A stretch of DNA of 64,000 nt from Spirochaetota bacterium (GTDB lineage Bacteria > Spirochaetota > UBA4802 > UBA5550), in NCBI GenBank assembly GCA_963663865.1, contig OY760686.1, positions 1 through 64,000 on the forward strand, written 5' to 3'. This document shows, piece after piece, positions 60,044-64,000 of the stretch. Position numbers and translations under genes: made by a program. Every line of letters starts with the position of its first letter. Position 1 is the stretch's first letter. Below the pieces are notes generated by a model. The model searched no databases. It had not been told where the DNA came from and saw nothing but the letters and a program-made list of their open reading frames with translations.

Positions 60044-60225
60044 TAAGATCCTCCTCCTAAAAATAGTGTTTTATCATAAAACCATCTCGGACCACTGCTT
60101 GCCCCTCCTTTGAAGACGAAACAAGCCCTGTGAGACGATCTTATATCCCGAGATTGTGCTACATTAAGCCGTACCCAATTGAGTCAGTTTTCCATGATTA
60201 ATTATTAGAGGTTTAACCGCAATCA

Positions 60226-60251
60226 GTCGTCTCATTTTACAAAACGATACC
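60226..60251. promoter_or_regulatory. Candidate operator GTCGTCTCATTTTACAAAACGATACC
   Basis: 25/26 identical to 63075-63100; the GTCTCA arm starts 186 bp upstream of GH3 gene 2. Confidence 0.6.
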
Positions 60252-60549
60252 CATTTGCCAATAATGGCATTACTTCCTGATCACAGCTGCCTCACAACAG
60301 CACCTTCATCATTAATATCTAAAACTGACCTGTTTGAAATTTAGCATTGGAGGATAGCTATATCCGGTATGATGTTTTACCTACATGGATACGGGGGCTT
60401 CATTAACAATTTGTGGTGGGAACCTATATACGATTCAGTATTAGCTTTTCACAGTTTTTCTCAGAGGGGATATGGTCCTGCACCCCAAAAGGTAAACCAG
60501 TTTGAAAGAGAGATGCTCTTTTGTTAAATTATCTAACAGGAGAGATGCC

Positions 60550-60852
60550 ATGGGAAAGAGAGTCAAGAATCATTCACCTGAATTTAAATTCAAGGTGGTC
60601 CTTGAAAGCTTTATCAAGGACAACGTAGCTGAGGTATCCCGTCAATACGGGATAAATGCCAACCAGTTATCTTTATGGCGGAAACATTTTATTTCACAGG
60701 GTCATCATGCTTTTCAGTCTGAATCGTCCAAGGAAGAAATGAAATACCGCAAGAAGATAGAACAACTGGAAAATATGATTGGGAAGAAAGAAGTCGAAAT
60801 ATCGATTTTAAAGAATTATCTGGATTTTTACGTACCTCTCGATGGCAAATAG
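60550..60852 (+). CDS. IS3-family OrfA (HTH)
   Basis: HSPEFKFKVV...VAEVSRQYGINANQLSLWRK. Confidence 0.9.
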   Translation: MGKRVKNHSPEFKFKVVLESFIKDNVAEVSRQYGINANQLSLWRKHFISQGHHAFQSESSKEEMKYRKKIEQLENMIGKKEVEISILKNYLDFYVPLDGK

Positions 60853-60914
60853 CTGAATATGCCCGGTCAGTTGTTGCCAGCGGGAGATCTGGAGTAAATC
60901 GAATCTGTCGAGTA

Positions 60915-61772
60915 ATGGGCATAAGCAAGAAGACGTACTATTACAGTATGGATTTTTGTGAAAGAATAGAAAAGCGTTATGGCCGCATAAAAGACTGGGT
61001 TAAGGAAATAATCGAAGACAACCCGGCATATGGCTATCGCCGGATCAAGAAAGCCCTGTTTGAAAAGTATGACGAAATCGTTAACCATAAGGCACTTTTG
61101 GTAATATTAAGGGCCTGGGGGCTTGAATTGAAGCGGAAAATACGTCCTTTGCGCAGGAGTTGGATTGTTAAAATTCTGGATTATCTTCAGCTTCGAGCAA
61201 ATCTTGTGTGGTTTTTGAGTAAATCCGGTTTGATAAAGAACTGCTTTCAGGTAATTGTTTCAGATACTACTGAGCTTTTGTATCGTGGCGCTAAAGCATA
61301 TTTATGTGTGCATCTTGATATATTTGGCAAGATGATTTACGGCTATAAGCTTTCAATGAAGCCTGATAGTCAAATGTTACTTCATTCGTTTAGAAATGCC
61401 GTTAAGACAATAACTGGGGAATTCGGCATCCAGATTAGTGGAATGATTTTTCATCAGGATCGTGGAAGCATAAATACCGGATCAGAATATGTTTCTGCAG
61501 TTTTGGGGAACGAAGCCAGATTAAGTTATTCCCGCAGAGGTGAACCTGGCGACAATGCCGTCAATGAATCATTTTTCTCAAGATTCAAGGATGAATGGCG
61601 GGATGTTTTTATTGAGGCTAAAACTTTTGGAGAACTTGAATCCATGGTGAAAAAAGCGATTGAGTATTACAACAGCAGAAGATATCATTCAACGATTGGA
61701 TTAGAAGTGCCGGAAGTGTTTACGATGAAACAATCGGAGCATCTAATAAATCAATCAAGAGTGGTTTCCTGA
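60915..61772 (+). CDS. IS3-family OrfB DDE transposase (frame open from about 60849)
   Basis: YGYRRI; DDE triad in VSDTTE, HQDRGS and DNAVNESFF; YYNSRRYHSTIG. Confidence 0.92.
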   Translation: MGISKKTYYYSMDFCERIEKRYGRIKDWVKEIIEDNPAYGYRRIKKALFEKYDEIVNHKALLVILRAWGLELKRKIRPLRRSWIVKILDYLQLRANLVWFLSKSGLIKNCFQVIVSDTTELLYRGAKAYLCVHLDIFGKMIYGYKLSMKPDSQMLLHSFRNAVKTITGEFGIQISGMIFHQDRGSINTGSEYVSAVLGNEARLSYSRRGEPGDNAVNESFFSRFKDEWRDVFIEAKTFGELESMVKKAIEYYNSRRYHSTIGLEVPEVFTMKQSEHLINQSRVVS

Positions 61773-61838
61773 AAAGGGTGCAGGACCTATACACCTATTT
61801 TTTAAATTGGAGATGTTACGTTAAAGTACAATTTGTTT

Positions 61839-62972
61839 TCAAGAAACATAGCCTACATTTTCCTTTAAGTGTGCTGTTTCAATGAAAATATTATCAACAA
61901 TTTCCCAATATGATCTATTTTCTAAAATAATCTTATAAACCATCATAAGAATCACATACTCGACAGAAGCCCTGGCTATACCAACGCTGAATTCCGATGC
62001 AATTAAAGCATATTTATGCGATAAACTGCTATTTTCGTTCTTGATTACAGACAATACGACAGCAGGAATTACTTGCTTCAGACATGAATCTCTATCTTCG
62101 TTATTTGACCTTTTCTTTTGCCCTGAAGAAAGACCGAAAGTCTCCCCCGCCCAATCCACAAAATCAGAATAATCCTGAAATCTTGTTAAATCTACTCCTA
62201 TTTCCCCTATTATAGCCTCAGCAAAACGCCGATGTATCCCCGGGATGGTACACAGGCGGCATATTTGTTCTTGAACGTTCCTGGTTTTTTTCCTTATTTT
62301 CGTGTTGAGCTTTTTCACAAGGGCGTACAGACTTTCGCATTCCCTGTCATAAAGCTTTAGTATGAATTCCTGATTCTGAACGTAACTTTTTGCTGTCTTT
62401 GTAATTTCTTTGTTTTTTTTCAGTGTTAGAATACTCCCAAGCATACTTTTCATAAATGAGTTTAATTCATATTTATAAAAATATTTGCAGCAGGATTTAT
62501 TGACTATACTGTTGCGCTCTCTTTCCAGGTTAGTTATTTTTCGAATTAGAATTTCACGAGTTCTCGTAAGCTCCCTCAATTCACGAAATGCATTGGACCG
62601 AACATGCTGCTTTTTCAGGAGACCGCATTTCAACAGTTCTGCCAGCCATTCTGTTTCCTGTTTATAGATATTCGGTGGAAGTTTATGCATGCAGCGCTGA
62701 TCTGCTATATGCAAATCGAAATTGACTTGCAGCATTGACAATACAGACATCCAGCTTTCGCCATCGCCCATAATTGCAACATCTACTGTATTTTTTCCCT
62801 TAAGATATTTGATTATATTATTAACACCACCATATGTGCAGTCATCTTTAACAGCAGAAACACGGGTATCGCCATCCTCTGAAACTGTTTTGACTGTGCC
62901 GATGATTCCATTATCAGTGATTATTAAACCGCAGAAGGATCGATATTTAACTTTTAAGTTTGTCTCATTCAT
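61839..62972 (-). CDS. Third IS110-transposase-like protein lacking DEDD residues
   Basis: EWLAELLKCGLL, RELRELTRTR, LCTIPGIHRRFAEAIIGEIGVDLTRF...WAG; catalytic positions read CGLIIT, VAIMGDGESW and IYKQETEW. Confidence 0.85.
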   Translation of the reverse strand: MNETNLKVKYRSFCGLIITDNGIIGTVKTVSEDGDTRVSAVKDDCTYGGVNNIIKYLKGKNTVDVAIMGDGESWMSVLSMLQVNFDLHIADQRCMHKLPPNIYKQETEWLAELLKCGLLKKQHVRSNAFRELRELTRTREILIRKITNLERERNSIVNKSCCKYFYKYELNSFMKSMLGSILTLKKNKEITKTAKSYVQNQEFILKLYDRECESLYALVKKLNTKIRKKTRNVQEQICRLCTIPGIHRRFAEAIIGEIGVDLTRFQDYSDFVDWAGETFGLSSGQKKRSNNEDRDSCLKQVIPAVVLSVIKNENSSLSHKYALIASEFSVGIARASVEYVILMMVYKIILENRSYWEIVDNIFIETAHLKENVGYVS

Positions 62973-63074
62973 GCATTCCAGTTCATCCGATATATTATTT
63001 TTTATTCCTGATGGAAGTACTCCCGCCTACTCCTGGAAGAACACTAAATGATGGTACACATTCGAATTAAACAC

Positions 63075-63100
63075 GTCGTCTCATTTTAGAAAACGATACC
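63075..63100. promoter_or_regulatory. Candidate operator GTCGTCTCATTTTAGAAAACGATACC
   Basis: Near-identical copy of 60226-60251, 103-128 bp upstream of the third IS110-like gene. Confidence 0.6.
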
Positions 63101-63583
63101 ATGGACTCCTATCAGCTTAAATGTTAAATAATCATCACTGCCAGTTGAACTATTATTCTTCATCTTTCATCACAGGTCACCACTAAAATCATATGTAAAC
63201 TGAAGTTGGGTTGCACTTATTTACAACGAGGCAGAGTAAATGGGATGTACAGGCTCTCATCCCCGGACATCGACATAGCATGATAAAAAATGAGCTTTTA
63301 GATTAAGTCTTTGCGGGACAGTGTTCCATCGATATCGCGACCAGACTCAGGCAAGACTCCACCGGCAGTATCGCACCAGTAGATTGAACAAGGGCAAGAA
63401 AGAGTGTAATATTACATTAGAAATGACAGCGTTTTCCACTGGATACAAAGAAGCTTTCTATGAAATACCGTATGTTGATCAGATATCTTTACGATAAAAG
63501 ACGCACCAATCAGAAGAAAGATTGATCAATTGTTGTAATAGTCTGGAGGATCTTTGCTGGTAATTTAAAGAAGAGTTTAAAAA

Positions 63584-63701
<118 letters not shown>

Positions 63702-63772
63702 ATTACATTAAGCACTTACAGATAAAATCTGTCAACGAAATATTTTTAAAAATCAGTTTTGCTGTATTTATT

Positions 63773-64000
63773 TTAATCGGGCCGTTTTTTTAGCGCCCAT
63801 ACATTGCCGGCAATATACACCAGAAGCCCCGTGACAATTATTGCCGTCCATATCGGATGAACAGCGCCTTTTACGGCAAATCCAATAAGCATCAAGATCG
63901 CAAACGGCTTATAGGCTATCTGTATCTTTAAAAGCATCGTTCCGCTTTCAGTGTCAGAAAGCGCTCTCGCGGCAAAAACTGCCATGATGACATAAAGCGG
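63773..64000 (-). CDS. 3' part of a membrane protein gene probably starting beyond the window
   Basis: Hydrophobic ORF; the frame is open from ATG 63985 to the window edge. Confidence 0.6.
   Translation of the reverse strand, partial: PLYVIMAVFAARALSDTESGTMLLKIQIAYKPFAILMLIGFAVKGAVHPIWTAIIVTGLLVYIAGNVWALKKRPD

Larger units (their letters stand above)
60474..61787 (+). mobile_element. IS3-family insertion sequence, about 1314 bp
   Basis: Imperfect 26-bp TIRs GGTCCTGCACCCcaaaaGgtAAACCA / GGTCCTGCACCCttttcaGgAAACCA; flanking TAT/TAT 3-bp duplication; orfA plus orfB in the -1 frame. Confidence 0.92.

Noticed and set aside
42886-62972. Annotating the three IS110-like ORFs as active insertion sequences
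   Set aside because: Catalytic residues are absent, the copies are highly divergent, no shared IS ends are visible, and the gene context is conserved.

Overview
This is a bacterial chromosomal window, most likely from a spirochaete of the Leptospira-like branch, judged from the 16S signature, the unlinked 5S, metX-metW, a solitary fliM and a barrel/FlgD-Ig/OmpA protein. Bases 1-10.7 kb hold two directly tandem minus-strand rRNA operons (16S-tRNA-Ile-tRNA-Ala-23S, period 5455 bp, no 5S); a lone 5S gene lies at about 63.6 kb. Next is a small accessory block with a C10 (streptopain-like) cysteine-protease lipoprotein, frameshifted by a (CT)14 tract in its signal peptide and flanked by two DUF6174-like lipoproteins and Flavo-1-like repeats. 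Housekeeping genes follow: panE, a pst/pho cluster, M23 peptidases, fliM, rnhA, SAM-I riboswitch-metX-metW, map, tRNA-Glu/Lys, purA, dsbD-like, pth, an OmpA-family gene, htpG, smpB, a Kef antiporter, HDOD/cheD, fumarase subunits and an EAL protein. The most striking feature is a three-gene cassette present twice in diverged form (41.6-46.4 kb and 55.0-60.0 kb): a GH3 beta-glucosidase lipoprotein, a full-length IS110-transposase homologue lacking the DEDD catalytic residues, and a membrane-anchored AraC regulator. A third inactivated IS110 homologue lies at 61.8-63.0 kb. A palindromic motif (GWCTCA-N10-YGAKMC) sits 185 and 186 bp upstream of the two GH3 genes and also upstream of the third IS110 homologue. 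This looks like a domesticated, catalytically dead IS110-family protein used in a regulatory module, possibly RNA-guided; that interpretation is inference. An intact IS3-family element has inserted in the second locus. No searches were run; all family calls come from visual motif recognition.
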